Shown here: piece after piece, positions 11,990-21,920 of the stretch | Position numbering within the stretch: the first letter of the stretch is position 1 | Layout: each line of letters opens with the position of its first letter | Origin: a virus | Length of the DNA: 64,000 nucleotides | Strand: one strand, 5' to 3' | Virus record (IMG/VR): IMGVR_UViG_3300009129_001478 | Span: 1 to 64,000 of that record | Notes under the pieces: generated by a model | Seen by the model: the letters and a program-made list of their open reading frames with translations, nothing else | What the model was told of the DNA's origin: nothing | Database searches by the model: none | Program-made: the position numbers and the translations under genes

Positions 11990-12451
11990 ATGAATTATCT
12001 AAAAGATGATAATTGGGTTTCGCTGTCCGGTCGCCCGATAGGCAACATTGAAGAGCACATTCGCAAACGATTCGGAGACAATCGTTACACCTTTCACATC
12101 GGTTCGGACAGTAAAACATATGCTGACCACACTGTTGTCATAACGGCTATATGCTTCCGCGAGAATGGATCAGGCGCTCTTGTTGCATATCAGAAAAATA
12201 GAGTCTCAAACTTTGCGAACATAACACAAAAACTAATTCATGAGGTGGTCGTTTCCCTTGAGGGCGCGCAGTTGATCCAAGACTTAACTGGTGAGGCACC
12301 CACGGTTCATGCAGATGTGAACCCTGATAAAGAAGCCTTAAGTAATCGCGCATTGAGTGTTATAGTAGGTATGGTAAAGGGGATGGGCTTTTCTGTCAAG
12401 GTCAAGCCCGACGCCTGGGCCGCCGATATCGCAGATATGTTTACGAGGTAG
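11990..12451 (+). CDS. RNase H-like YkuK/DUF458 family protein
   Basis: HIGSDS, VHADVN, KPDAWAAD.AD. Confidence 0.75.
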   Translation: MNYLKDDNWVSLSGRPIGNIEEHIRKRFGDNRYTFHIGSDSKTYADHTVVITAICFRENGSGALVAYQKNRVSNFANITQKLIHEVVVSLEGAQLIQDLTGEAPTVHADVNPDKEALSNRALSVIVGMVKGMGFSVKVKPDAWAADIADMFTR

Positions 12452-12710
12452 CATTGAGGTTTACAATTGAGCATCGCTCGGCGCTTCTTGGGCTTATCCG
12501 AGATGGGCATGGTTTTGAGAGTGCTGTTAGTCTTTTGCTCTCCATGGGAGCACCGCAGCTTGGACACATGGAGTGGTCTTTATGGAAAAACTTCTATGAG
12601 CCCATTGTCCGCAATAATAAAATACTTGAACTAGAACTTATTAGAAATGGGCGTTCTCTTTCGTGGTTTGCGAGAGAACTCAACCAACGACGAAAGAGGG
12701 TGGCGCTCTC

Positions 12711-13094
12711 ATGAAAGGAAAAATAATGACTGCTGACGAAATTGCTAAGCATGTAGAAACATTTAAGACATTTTGTAAAAATAATAGATTACGCCTCAAG
12801 GAGGATGGCGACGGGTTGCCGGTAGCCCGTGCAATCGGAAAGTTTAGTGACGATCAGTTTTTTTGCAATTTTAAGAGTGGAACTATTGGGGTTTATGTTA
12901 CTCGCGATACTCAACGGCAATTTACATATTTGAACAAGAAGCTAATTAAGATGGGCTGTGTCCCTACGCAGCTAGGGGATTTTGAGGCATCATATGATCT
13001 GGAGTGGATGAATATTCCGCCCGTTGCTCGGCTTCTGAAGATTAAAAAAGGCGCAGCTAAGGTGTCGGATCCTCGCTGGCTTCGCACCAACTAA
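12711..13094 (+). CDS. Hypothetical protein
   Basis: ATGA overlap with upstream stop. Confidence 0.5.
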   Translation: MKGKIMTADEIAKHVETFKTFCKNNRLRLKEDGDGLPVARAIGKFSDDQFFCNFKSGTIGVYVTRDTQRQFTYLNKKLIKMGCVPTQLGDFEASYDLEWMNIPPVARLLKIKKGAAKVSDPRWLRTN

Positions 13095-13492
13095 AGGAAG
13101 AGAGCTATGAATGATAACAAGCCGTTACCTGATGAAGACTTCGATTGGGTTGCAAATCCTTCTGCTCCGTTTGATAGGGAATCCGCGGCTCAATTAGTTG
13201 CTCGCTTTATGATTGCACTAGCATATACTCACGAGCGCATAAAGATTCATGTGATGTTGCACCCAATTTTTTTCTTAGCGGGATTTGTTGTTGCTTATTT
13301 TTTGTTTTAGCCTGAAGGGAGAATCCCAATGAATTCAACGAACCAAAAGAAATTTTGAAGAAGAGATTCAGCGCATACTGGAGAAGTTTGACTTATCCGC
13401 CCGCCTTCGCCGCGAAATTTTTTCTCAAATTATAGAGCACGCAGGCAAACAAAATAAGAAGATTACTGAAACCAGCGAATAGTTATTATACT

Positions 13493-13977
13493 ATGGGGTA
13501 AAGCCGGCAAAACCACTTCAACTTTGCGTAGCCTTCTACAAGGGGGCAGGGGAGTGGCACAACAAAGTCGTCCGAACCACTACACAAAGTATTTACTCGC
13601 ACGCAGAACTGATCATGCCTGATGGAAAATCAATAAGCATCCAACCCTTTGATCAGCGCGGCATCCGGAAGATTTTGTTTGAAGAAGAAGAACGTTCTGA
13701 GGACTATGACATGATCTGTGTTCCTGTTACTCAAGAGCAGATCAACACTATAGAAGCGTTCTTCCACGACACCAAAGGCGACGGCTATGATTGGGCCGGC
13801 ATGATCCTCTCAAAATTCACACCGTTTCACATTAAGCGAACAGGACGCTGGTACTGTTCTGAGTGGATTGCCTACGCGTTGCGACTTGCCGGCGCAGTTG
13901 ATAACCTTTATCACTATAGCGATCTTACCCCGCAAAGACTGCATGAAGTACTTCGCAAATATGCCGACGAAAGTTGA
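13493..13977 (+). CDS. Permuted papain-like (NlpC/P60) peptidase with an apparent 5' frameshift
   Basis: In-frame VAFYKG...YSHAEL upstream of ATG 13615, then YDWAG, WYCSE, LTP; ATG 13493 is out of frame by one base. Confidence 0.65.
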
Positions 13978-14245
13978 AGAAGAGGCGCTGTTCGTCGCCG
14001 GCAAACTGGTCGTTGCAGCCAAAGATATTTACATGGCTGGCGAAGTGCCGGCAAAGTCTGTCACGTCTGATGAGCCGCTCGTTGTCACTGCCGGCACCGT
14101 AGGACTAATTATGGAGGCGGCACTTTATTCGGAGCCGCCAGGATTCAGCGGGGAGCTAACCCTTCAAGTTCAGTTTCTCAACGGGCACATCTGGTGGGTT
14201 TCCCCGCGCGAAGTGCTGCCGCATGTAGGAGAAGACAATGTATAA
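13961..14245 (+). CDS. SH3-like small protein
   Basis: AGKLVVA...GTVGLI...VQF...WV. Confidence 0.45.
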   Translation: MPTKVEEEALFVAGKLVVAAKDIYMAGEVPAKSVTSDEPLVVTAGTVGLIMEAALYSEPPGFSGELTLQVQFLNGHIWWVSPREVLPHVGEDNV

Positions 14246-14579
14246 ATATTACGCCACCGTTCTCAAAATTGTTGATGGCGATACGATTGATGTTCTGGTG
14301 GACCTGGGAATGGGCGTTCATCGCAAAGAACGTCTTCGTTTCTCGCGGATCAACGCCTGGGAAATCCGTGGCGAGCACAAAGCCAAGGGCAAGCTTGCCA
14401 AAGCAAGGGTCGCGGAGCTTATTCCGGTTGGTGAAAAAATACTAATTCAAACTGAAAAAGACAAACAAGGAAAGTACGGAAGATATTTGGCGGAGATATT
14501 TATCCTAGAAGGCTCACTGAGCAAAAATTTAAACGATTTACTGCTAAACGAAGGACACGCAGTCCTTTATAATAAATAA
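14238..14579 (+). CDS. Thermonuclease (SNase) family nuclease
   Basis: IVDGDTID, RLRF..INAWE, GKYGRYLA, LLNEGHA. Confidence 0.9.
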   Translation: MYKYYATVLKIVDGDTIDVLVDLGMGVHRKERLRFSRINAWEIRGEHKAKGKLAKARVAELIPVGEKILIQTEKDKQGKYGRYLAEIFILEGSLSKNLNDLLLNEGHAVLYNK

Positions 14580-14599
14580 ACAACACGAAAGGGTCTAAG

Positions 14600-14890
14600 A
14601 TGACCAAGATCAATTACCAAAGAATTTATGAAGATGCTTTATCTGATGGCATCAAGAACTCTCTGGAGTTGCCGGCAAGATTTTATGAGCTTCCGCATCA
14701 AACTCGGATGATGGTTGAGGAGTTGGTGGACTTCGGATATCAAATCGCGATTGATGATGCGCTGGACTCAGACGTCCTAGCGGAAACTTCAGACTTAGCT
14801 GGCGAAATGAGTAGCCAGCTTAGGGGCTTCCAAAATGTCCTTCAGGACTATCTTTCTAAAATAAATCCTGGCAATGGAAACTATTTATAG
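14600..14890 (+). CDS. Hypothetical protein
   Basis: ORF in operon context. Confidence 0.5.
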   Translation: MTKINYQRIYEDALSDGIKNSLELPARFYELPHQTRMMVEELVDFGYQIAIDDALDSDVLAETSDLAGEMSSQLRGFQNVLQDYLSKINPGNGNYL

Positions 14891-15200
14891 AGAAGGCGAC
14901 CTCATTAGGTTTGAGCGCTTTGAAAACAAGTGGACACTGTGTGGCAGTACGCGCAGCGAGCCACCAGTTTTGCGAGAGTTTCCTGTAAAAGAGTTTGAAA
15001 TTTACACAGCCAAAGGACTGGCAGAAAGTTTTAAAAGCTTTGAAGGAAAAGTCGGTTTAATCGTCAGTATACATAGAAATCGTCTTGATCAACCACTAGG
15101 TTATCGAGTAATGGTCGGTGATAATACTTGGTTTTGTAAATCAGTTATTGCGGACAAGTACTTTAGTTTAGTGGAGAGTAAAGGAGATGAGAGTAGGTGA
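14874..15200 (+). CDS. SH3-like small protein
   Basis: YREGDLIRF...GKVGLIV...YRV. Confidence 0.5.
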   Translation: METIYREGDLIRFERFENKWTLCGSTRSEPPVLREFPVKEFEIYTAKGLAESFKSFEGKVGLIVSIHRNRLDQPLGYRVMVGDNTWFCKSVIADKYFSLVESKGDESR

Positions 15201-15360
15201 CCTTGTGCGGTTTAGGGAGCACGACAATGATTATCCGACCAAGACAGGACTGTTGGTGCGTTATGATAAAGTGTTGAAGGTTGCAGAAATTATATGTGGT
15301 GATAGGCTTTATTATGCTCCAGGGCGTCTTGTTGAAGTAAGCCACAGGGGACAAAAATAG
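15187..15360 (+). CDS. SH3-like small protein (MRVGDLVRF...)
   Basis: 57-aa ORF below the track cutoff, AAGGAG SD. Confidence 0.55.
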   Translation: MRVGDLVRFREHDNDYPTKTGLLVRYDKVLKVAEIICGDRLYYAPGRLVEVSHRGQK

Positions 15361-15382
15361 GATTCAACTATTTACTAATGCG

Positions 15383-15568
15383 ATGCGAATTCATAAAATT
15401 GCAGTAGGTAATATAGTGCGCAGCAAATCCTTTAAAGAATGGGAAGGTAAAGTCATGGAGGTGACACCTGATGGAAGAGGGGCGTTGGTATCTTGGCGCG
15501 CACCAAACGGAGGACATATTCGCACTTGGTCTTATGTGGATTCACTTGTGCCTGTGAGAAGAAAATAG
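15383..15568 (+). CDS. SH3/KOW-like small protein
   Basis: IAVGNIVRS...GKVMEV...VSW. Confidence 0.5.
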   Translation: MRIHKIAVGNIVRSKSFKEWEGKVMEVTPDGRGALVSWRAPNGGHIRTWSYVDSLVPVRRK

Positions 15569-15843
15569 TGAGAACAACTGCATTAGATGTAATTATATTA
15601 ATAGGACTTCTTATAGCTACGGTAGTTTTCTTTGCTGGCTGCGGACATGCCCCGCTGAGCAAAACGGCAGACCCTCAGCAATGCTGCGAAAGACTCCACA
15701 AGCGTGATGTTACGCTTAAAGAGTTTGAGCGGCTTTGCATTGCTCTTGTTTTTTTAGAGGGCCGTTTCAAGAACGACCCAAAAGCGTCACAAAATGTTGC
15801 GAAAGGAATGAAGATTTGTAAATATGTATACAATGTGAGGTAG
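15568..15843 (+). CDS. Cys-rich lipoprotein, paralog of 20715-21131
   Basis: Lipobox FAGC; CCERL...EFERLC.ALVF. Confidence 0.55.
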   Translation: MRTTALDVIILIGLLIATVVFFAGCGHAPLSKTADPQQCCERLHKRDVTLKEFERLCIALVFLEGRFKNDPKASQNVAKGMKICKYVYNVR

Positions 15844-15847
15844 TCCT

Positions 15848-16150
15848 GTGGAACAGTTCGTAGCTTATCTTTATTTGTTTTCGCAAATTATTGTATTCTT
15901 TTTATATATCCCACATCTTCGCAGCGTTGTCAAATCTGAAACTGCTGACGCAATTAATGTACCTGCACAATTTTCTTTCTTTACGATCGGCGCAATTGCT
16001 GCTATTTATATGTTAGTGGTCAACGATGATTTGATGGCGTCTTTGATCATTTGCGGGCACATTTTCGTAGGCAACCTAACGATTGCTCTTGTGTCCCTCC
16101 GCAAGCAAAGGAGATTTCGTGAGCGAACAGAAAAAAACAAAGCCGCGTAA
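15848..16150 (+). CDS. PQ-loop/SemiSWEET-like 3-TM membrane protein
   Basis: YIPHLRSVVKSETADAIN; three hydrophobic segments. Confidence 0.5.
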   Translation: MEQFVAYLYLFSQIIVFFLYIPHLRSVVKSETADAINVPAQFSFFTIGAIAAIYMLVVNDDLMASLIICGHIFVGNLTIALVSLRKQRRFRERTEKNKAA

Positions 16151-16433
16151 AGACAGAATTCGGGCCAAGAAGAAAACCCATAAACTAACAGAAAAACATG
16201 TGGAGATGATCCGCTCTCAGAAAGGGAAGCAATCCGTAAGAGAGATTGCTAAATGGTTCTCTAAACAAACTCACCACATTTATAAAGTCTCGCCCTCAAT
16301 GGTTCATCACATTCTAACAGGCAAGCGACATGCTCCCAAACAAGACAATAAATCTATTTACGATTTGATTGAGGAAGAGATCTCGGAAGAAGAGCTAGAC
16401 AAGCTGGATCCTAAAAAGATAAATTATAAATAA
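16083..16433 (+). CDS. Basic HTH DNA-binding protein (start uncertain)
   Basis: KLTEKHVEMIR...SVREIAK...VSPSMVHHILTGK. Confidence 0.55.
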   Translation: MLLCPSASKGDFVSEQKKTKPRKDRIRAKKKTHKLTEKHVEMIRSQKGKQSVREIAKWFSKQTHHIYKVSPSMVHHILTGKRHAPKQDNKSIYDLIEEEISEEELDKLDPKKINYK

Positions 16434-16445
16434 TGCATTAAAAAC

Positions 16446-16494
16446 TTGACCCATACCTTATCCGTGGTAATATAGTGTTACAGAGGAGAGAGAT
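16446..16494 (+). promoter_or_regulatory. Sigma70-like early promoter
   Basis: TTGAC-N17-TAATAT with TG, GAGGAGAGAG SD. Confidence 0.75.
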
Positions 16495-17391
16495 ATGAGC
16501 CGTCAGAACCAATGTCATGCTTGCGGAGGCTGGGGTCATAACCGTCGGTCATGCCCGCGAATTAAAGACGCCCACGCCAAGGTTGAAGCCATGGCCAAAA
16601 AGTACGGGATTGTGCCCCCTGCCAAAGATGGCTATGTTTCCACATCGTGGATCGCCGACATCAACGCCGCTAGCCTGAAGGCCAACGGCAACGTCAACCA
16701 TCCAGAGGACACCATCTCCTACGGAGAGCGTTGGCACTGGGAAGAGCTTGAAGAACGCCAGCGGGCACAAGCCCGAAAGAACGGTCGTGGTCGCACCTGC
16801 GGCTTCTGCGGCATGGGCGGTCACAACTCTCGCACCTGCCCCGACAAGAAGCAGCACATCAAAGACTGCGATGCGATGCAGGGTCTTGCTCACCGAGTGG
16901 TTGCGGCTTGCCTTGAAAAGGCTGGCATCGTTCCGGGTGCTCTCATGCGGTACCGTGACTGGTGCATGACAAACAATAAGTATGTTCAGACGATGTGCCT
17001 GGTCACCGGGATTGATTGGAACGGCGTTGCCGAGCCTGAGTACGACTCCTCCCAAGGTTTGCCACGAGGTTTTGAGCAATGGTTCAAGCATGGTATGATT
17101 GTGGTTCGTCGTCCCAACGGCGAGACGGGCAAGCTTCGGATTCCTCGGGACGTCAAGCAGCAAAGCAGCTACGACTACCACGAGAAGGAAAGCGAAATTC
17201 ACGGGCTCGTTAGCCCGGTGCTCAACGGAGAGGTCAACAAAGACAACGGCTGGAAGGGCGACAACGTTACCCTCCTCAGTCCCGCCGCCGCCGGCATCTA
17301 CCGCTGGGGCCCCACCGGCTTGGCTGATAAAGATTTTGAGCCGGTGGTTGATGAACTGGTCAACCAAGTGTCCAAATACTCTCAACACTAG
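16495..17391 (+). CDS. Early protein with two CCHC zinc knuckles
   Basis: CHACGGWGHNRRSC and CGFCGMGGHNSRTC. Confidence 0.75.
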   Translation: MSRQNQCHACGGWGHNRRSCPRIKDAHAKVEAMAKKYGIVPPAKDGYVSTSWIADINAASLKANGNVNHPEDTISYGERWHWEELEERQRAQARKNGRGRTCGFCGMGGHNSRTCPDKKQHIKDCDAMQGLAHRVVAACLEKAGIVPGALMRYRDWCMTNNKYVQTMCLVTGIDWNGVAEPEYDSSQGLPRGFEQWFKHGMIVVRRPNGETGKLRIPRDVKQQSSYDYHEKESEIHGLVSPVLNGEVNKDNGWKGDNVTLLSPAAAGIYRWGPTGLADKDFEPVVDELVNQVSKYSQH

Positions 17392-17652
17392 GAGCAAGAT
17401 GATGACTCTCTTGAAAGATGTTTTAAGGTTTATTTTAAGCCCTCGTCCGCATCGCCACTGCCGGGCACTTGACGAAGCCCGCGCAGTTAACGCTAGCGCG
17501 AGTTTCCTGTAGAATAGAAGAATGGAAAAGAAAATAGCAGAATTAGAAACAGTCCTCGCCACTCTAGAGAAGGCAATGACTGTCATGTATCAACTGGTTA
17601 TGACTCATCAGCGCAAGATTGATGAGCTTGAGAAGCGCACAAGGGACCTGTC

Positions 17653-17913
17653 TTGAAAAAGATCATCCACGTCAACCAGCACGTCATCAAGCGCAATACA
17701 AAGCACGGAACCGACGAGCCAGTTTTGACGGTAAAAACATATAAAGAAAATAATTATGCCCACGAGGCTATACTAAAAACAAAAGACGGGGTAGAGTTTG
17801 CTAAAGTGATATACAGACCACACAAACCGCTGAGTTGCGGAGCAAGAGTTTGGATTGAACTAGACACAGACACCACTGATGTTGATTTGATTGTGAGAGA
17901 AGATGACGCTTGA
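17653..17913 (+). CDS. Conserved phage hypothetical protein
   Basis: IIHVNQHVIKRN...KPLSCGARVWIE. Confidence 0.65.
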   Translation: MKKIIHVNQHVIKRNTKHGTDEPVLTVKTYKENNYAHEAILKTKDGVEFAKVIYRPHKPLSCGARVWIELDTDTTDVDLIVREDDA

Positions 17914-18643
17914 GCTAAAACACGCAGACTGTTTAGAATACCTCAGAACGATTCCAAGTGATTCAGTGGATCTTGTGATAGTGGATCCTCCTTATTTTGA
18001 AATCGTAAAGGACCCATGGGACAATCAATGGGCTTCTGAAATGGCGTACCTTGCCTGGTGCCAGGAGTGGACTCAGGAATGTTTCCGCGTTATGAAGCCT
18101 GGGAGTTGCTTCTATGTGTGGGGGACGACGAAGGAAGATACGTTCCTGCGTTATAAGTTGGATGTCTTGAATAATATTCCCAACGCTCATTATCAAAACT
18201 GGATCATTTGGTCCTACGATTGGGGGGGCAGAACTAAAAAGAAATTCCCCCGCAAGCACGAGGATATTCTAATGTATTCCAAGGGTCCCGATTTTCCATT
18301 TCATGCTGATGAGGTGAGGGTGCCGTACAGAATGAAGCGAAATGTTCGGGCAGAAGCCGAAAACAATCCCCTCGGGAAGGTACCAACAGACGTATGGGAA
18401 AAGAATAACCACACTGCTAGCAAAGAGTATGCCGGGTGGCACTCTACCCAAAAACCGATCAGCTTGATTGAGAGAATGATTAAAGCCCATACACAGCCTG
18501 GAGATCTTGTGTTAGACTGTTTTAGTGGGGCGGGGTCAACCATGATTGCGTGCAAAAACACAGGAAGATCTTTTAAAGGGTGTGACTTTGATGCAGATTA
18601 TATTGAAAAGTCCATGGAAAGACTTCAAAAGTTGTCAGCCTGA
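17903..18643 (+). CDS. N4/N6 DNA methyltransferase (beta class)
   Basis: DPPY precedes HSTQKP and LDCFSGAGST. Confidence 0.92.
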   Translation: MTLELKHADCLEYLRTIPSDSVDLVIVDPPYFEIVKDPWDNQWASEMAYLAWCQEWTQECFRVMKPGSCFYVWGTTKEDTFLRYKLDVLNNIPNAHYQNWIIWSYDWGGRTKKKFPRKHEDILMYSKGPDFPFHADEVRVPYRMKRNVRAEAENNPLGKVPTDVWEKNNHTASKEYAGWHSTQKPISLIERMIKAHTQPGDLVLDCFSGAGSTMIACKNTGRSFKGCDFDADYIEKSMERLQKLSA

Positions 18644-18655
18644 GAAGCAATACCC

Positions 18656-18862
18656 ATGAACAATGTAAATCACCCAGTCCACTACAACAAGGGATCAATT
18701 GAGGCAATTGATATAATTGAAGATTGGGACTTAAACTTTAGCGTAGGAAATGTTATAAAGTATATGCTCCGAGCCCCACACAAGGGTGAAGAGCTTGAAG
18801 ATTTGGAAAAAGCAAAGTGGTACCTCGAGCGCCACATCAAAAACGTCAAGAAAGGAAAATAA
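18656..18862 (+). CDS. DUF3310 family protein
   Basis: VNHPVHYN, GNVIKY..R, EDLEKAKWYL. Confidence 0.85.
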   Translation: MNNVNHPVHYNKGSIEAIDIIEDWDLNFSVGNVIKYMLRAPHKGEELEDLEKAKWYLERHIKNVKKGK

Positions 18863-18863
18863 A

Positions 18864-19049
18864 ATGACGACCAATAATAATGTAGTAAATAAGTGGAATG
18901 AGTTGAAGACTCTAGTTGAGAACATTGAGGACGATGTTCAAAAGAATGCTACGGGCAATAAAGCTGCCGGTACGCGTGCTCGCAAAGGGTTGCGCACTCT
19001 CAAGACCACCGCCTCCGAGCTTGTGCGTCTCACTCTCGGAAAGGAATAG
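18864..19049 (+). CDS. Histone H1-like Hc1 family protein
   Basis: GNKAAGTRARKGLR. Confidence 0.75.
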   Translation: MTTNNNVVNKWNELKTLVENIEDDVQKNATGNKAAGTRARKGLRTLKTTASELVRLTLGKE

Positions 19050-19052
19050 GGT

Positions 19053-19361
19053 ATGGAACTCCATCTTCGGTGGGCAGAAAAGTTTGAAGTGGTGCGAGAG
19101 TACCCTACGTTTAGCTTGAGTACGGAAAGATTTCCGGAGCTAGAACTTGAAATCCAGAAAGTGCTGGATGCTCCTCATCCCGCTGCCCGGCAAGAGGCAC
19201 TGGACGATCTTGAATACAAGATGCACCACACGGAAGAGCGGGGGGAAACAATTATGGAAATTGTAGGTCCGCGGGATCACTTCGCGGACGCTAAGATATC
19301 CCCGACAACAGATGAAGAGGGGTTCTTGAAGATCGCCGACATGGTTGAGGAGGAGGAGTGA
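19053..19361 (+). CDS. Hypothetical protein
   Basis: ORF in operon context. Confidence 0.5.
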   Translation: MELHLRWAEKFEVVREYPTFSLSTERFPELELEIQKVLDAPHPAARQEALDDLEYKMHHTEERGETIMEIVGPRDHFADAKISPTTDEEGFLKIADMVEEEE

Positions 19362-19362
19362 G

Positions 19363-19881
19363 ATGGATTCTACGCAAAGCTATATAAAGATCCATGGGAT
19401 CTGCGCTGAAGCCGCTGGGGATTTCGCGTTTGATCATGATACCGACTGCGCCGATCTCTTCACCGAGTTGGTGCCCGACTTAGATAACTGGGGCGGCGTT
19501 GGCTGGATGGAGCTTTCTGAGTTTGATTACGAAGGGGACCGGCAAATTATCAACTTGATTGTAGAGACAAAGTGGGCTCCGCCCACCGAATGGCTGCGCA
19601 ATGCTAGCATCGGGAGCCACTATTTACAAAACAAGCTCATTACGATGACAACCATTCAGAAAGATGAAACCTGTGTCACCGGAGTTGCCGTCATGGATGG
19701 GGAGATCTTGCAAAACAAGCTCATCCATGAGATGGACTCAGAAGACGTCGGCAAATATTATAATGATGATGTGTCCGGTTACGATTTGGACGACTTAGAT
19801 AATCAAATTTGGGATTCAATCGCAAAGTTCGTGAAAGTCTGCGAACAATTTTACCTTGAAGGGGATAAAGAAAATGACTAA
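19363..19881 (+). CDS. Acidic hypothetical protein, possibly YubB/Api92-like
   Basis: NWG...ETKWAPP motif. Confidence 0.45.
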   Translation: MDSTQSYIKIHGICAEAAGDFAFDHDTDCADLFTELVPDLDNWGGVGWMELSEFDYEGDRQIINLIVETKWAPPTEWLRNASIGSHYLQNKLITMTTIQKDETCVTGVAVMDGEILQNKLIHEMDSEDVGKYYNDDVSGYDLDDLDNQIWDSIAKFVKVCEQFYLEGDKEND

Positions 19882-20326
19882 AACAGTAGAAGCAGGGTCC
19901 TCAGTCACCCTCCATTACACAGGCACGCTTGACGATGGCACTGAGTTTGATAGCTCGCGCACTCGTGAAGAGCCGATGACTGTTCCGATCGGCAATGGCC
20001 AGCTTATCGCCAGTTTTGAAAACGCTCTGGTCGGGATGACGGAGGGTGAAACTAAAACCTTCACAATCCCGTCCAATGAAGCTTATGGTCCGCACAACCC
20101 TGAGCAAATCACAACGCTGGAGCGCAACATCTTTCCGGAGGATTTTGAGTTCACACCAGGCATGACAGTGCCTCTTACGAACCAGCAGGGAGAAAACTTT
20201 ATGGTTGTTCTCACAGAGGTTCAAGAGACTGAAGTGACTGCTGACTTTAATCATCCTCTTGCCGGCAAAGACCTTACGTTTGAAGTAGAGGTGATCACGG
20301 TCAATGATGCGACGACTGACAGCTAA
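19874..20326 (+). CDS. FKBP-type peptidyl-prolyl isomerase (SlyD/SlpA-like)
   Basis: VTLHYTGTLDDGTEFDSS, EAYG, DFNHPLAGKDLTFEVEV. Confidence 0.93.
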   Translation: MTKTVEAGSSVTLHYTGTLDDGTEFDSSRTREEPMTVPIGNGQLIASFENALVGMTEGETKTFTIPSNEAYGPHNPEQITTLERNIFPEDFEFTPGMTVPLTNQQGENFMVVLTEVQETEVTADFNHPLAGKDLTFEVEVITVNDATTDS

Positions 20327-20430
20327 GATTCTATTTTTCTGTGCGCGGATCTTCCAGAGCAGAGGGATGCTGATTGGGCAATGGTTCCAAAACAAAGGCA
20401 TCCTTCTGCTTGCGGGAGTGAGGTCTAAGC

Positions 20431-20718
20431 GTGATTAGTTTGCTTTTAGCGGGGCTGATCGCAGCCCCTACGAGCTACGGAAAGCGCCCCCTGACGAACC
20501 GGCAGGTTCGGGCAAAAGCATACCAAATCGTGCAACATTTGAAGAGGCAAGATCCTCGTGTTTTACGTTCGGTAATGTACTATATGAAGTGGGTTCCCAA
20601 GCTTGAGTACAAGCGGGAAAACTGTAAGAAAAATAACAAAGATGCACTCAAAAAGATAAATGATTGGGAGATGGAAATGTTATTAGACATGTCAGGGATC
20701 CCGAGGAAGAAACGATGA
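20431..20718 (+). CDS. Hypothetical secreted protein
   Basis: Short hydrophobic N-terminus. Confidence 0.45.
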   Translation: MISLLLAGLIAAPTSYGKRPLTNRQVRAKAYQIVQHLKRQDPRVLRSVMYYMKWVPKLEYKRENCKKNNKDALKKINDWEMEMLLDMSGIPRKKR

Positions 20719-21131
20719 AAAAACTCAATACCATCACCATTGATATGATGATACTCGTTGGAGTTCTAGCAGTGTTGTCCTTGGTCTTTGGGCTAAGTGG
20801 CTGTGCTCACAATGCCCCGGCGATTGAAAACTGTTGCCAACGGTTAGATGTTCGCACCAAAGAGATGCAAGAGTTTAATCGCTTTTGTAAAGTTCTTGTT
20901 TTCGCTGTACACCGAACAGACAAAAACACAAAAACCTACGAAAGCATTCAGAATAAACTAGGTGTATGTAGATTTGTATTTGGTGTAGAAAATGATAACG
21001 AACTGTTGAGTTCGGGTCCCGACGACGCCTATTACAAGGTTCGCCAATACATCATCCCAAACCCCTCTGAGAATGGCTGGATGATGCCTCTTGACTGCGA
21101 TCCGGATCAACCTTCTTGTGAAGAGTTCTAG
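20715..21131 (+). CDS. Cys-rich lipoprotein, paralog of 15568-15843
   Basis: Lipobox LSGC; CCQRL...EFNRFC.VLVF. Confidence 0.55.
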   Translation: MKKLNTITIDMMILVGVLAVLSLVFGLSGCAHNAPAIENCCQRLDVRTKEMQEFNRFCKVLVFAVHRTDKNTKTYESIQNKLGVCRFVFGVENDNELLSSGPDDAYYKVRQYIIPNPSENGWMMPLDCDPDQPSCEEF

Positions 21132-21640
21132 ATAAAGGGCACCAAATGAAAACATTATTATTTGCATCCATCGCGATCATCGCTGGCATCCTTACTGCTA
21201 AACTAATCATGAACTTTGTAGAGTTTATTATACAAGCTACCAAGAACCAAGATCAGGACTAACCACCATGAACAAACACCTTGATAACCTGCGCCAAAAC
21301 TATAGCCAATTCAGAGAAGACCACTTTGCCCTGCACCTGGGATTGGTGGTGGCAATTGGCAGCTTTATGGGAGCCTGGCTGGGCAGCATGATCTTTCTTT
21401 AAGAGTCACCTTGAAGGCACACAATAATAATTATGAAAGATATAAGAGAGTCTCTCACAGTAATAACAATAGCATTGTGCATAGTAACAACTGCGTATGG
21501 TTGTCAGCTTTTTTAGGCAGTGTTTACAGTGGTGTGTACAAAACCTCCAAAAAACACTGCAAAAGTTGCACGATTCGTAAGTATTTGTTTTGACGGCTAA
21601 GTGCAGTTAGTTTATAAGTAAAATCCAGCAATATCAATTG

Positions 21641-21672
21641 TTTCAGCTATTGTCAGCGATTGCCAGCTATTG
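21641..21672. repeat. Imperfect 10-nt tandem repeat in a noncoding tract
   Basis: TTCAGCTATT/GTCAGCGATT/GCCAGCTATT. Confidence 0.5.
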
Positions 21673-21867
21673 GGGGAGATTGTCTGACTGCCCTTAGTAC
21701 ACCAAGAATTGAGTATTGTCAATTAGCAGGCAAAAGCCCACATCCTCCCATTATACCAGACTAATTATATTGCGTTAAGCCTATGCGACTAGGAGAGAAG
21801 TTAACTAAAGCACTGAAAAAGCAGGGAATAAAAAAACAAATAAAATGAAGAAAAGTGCTCTAAAAAG

Positions 21868-21920
21868 TTGACAGATACCCTATCCATGGTAATATATGAA
21901 TGTAAGGGAGAGAGATAATC
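21868..21920 (+). promoter_or_regulatory. Sigma70-like early promoter
   Basis: TTGACA...TGGTAATAT, A-rich UP-like tract, TGTAAGGGAGAGAG leader. Confidence 0.8.

Noticed and set aside
21411-21593. 60-aa ORF rich in N/H/S
   Set aside because: TTG start, no SD, low-complexity sequence; more likely noncoding.
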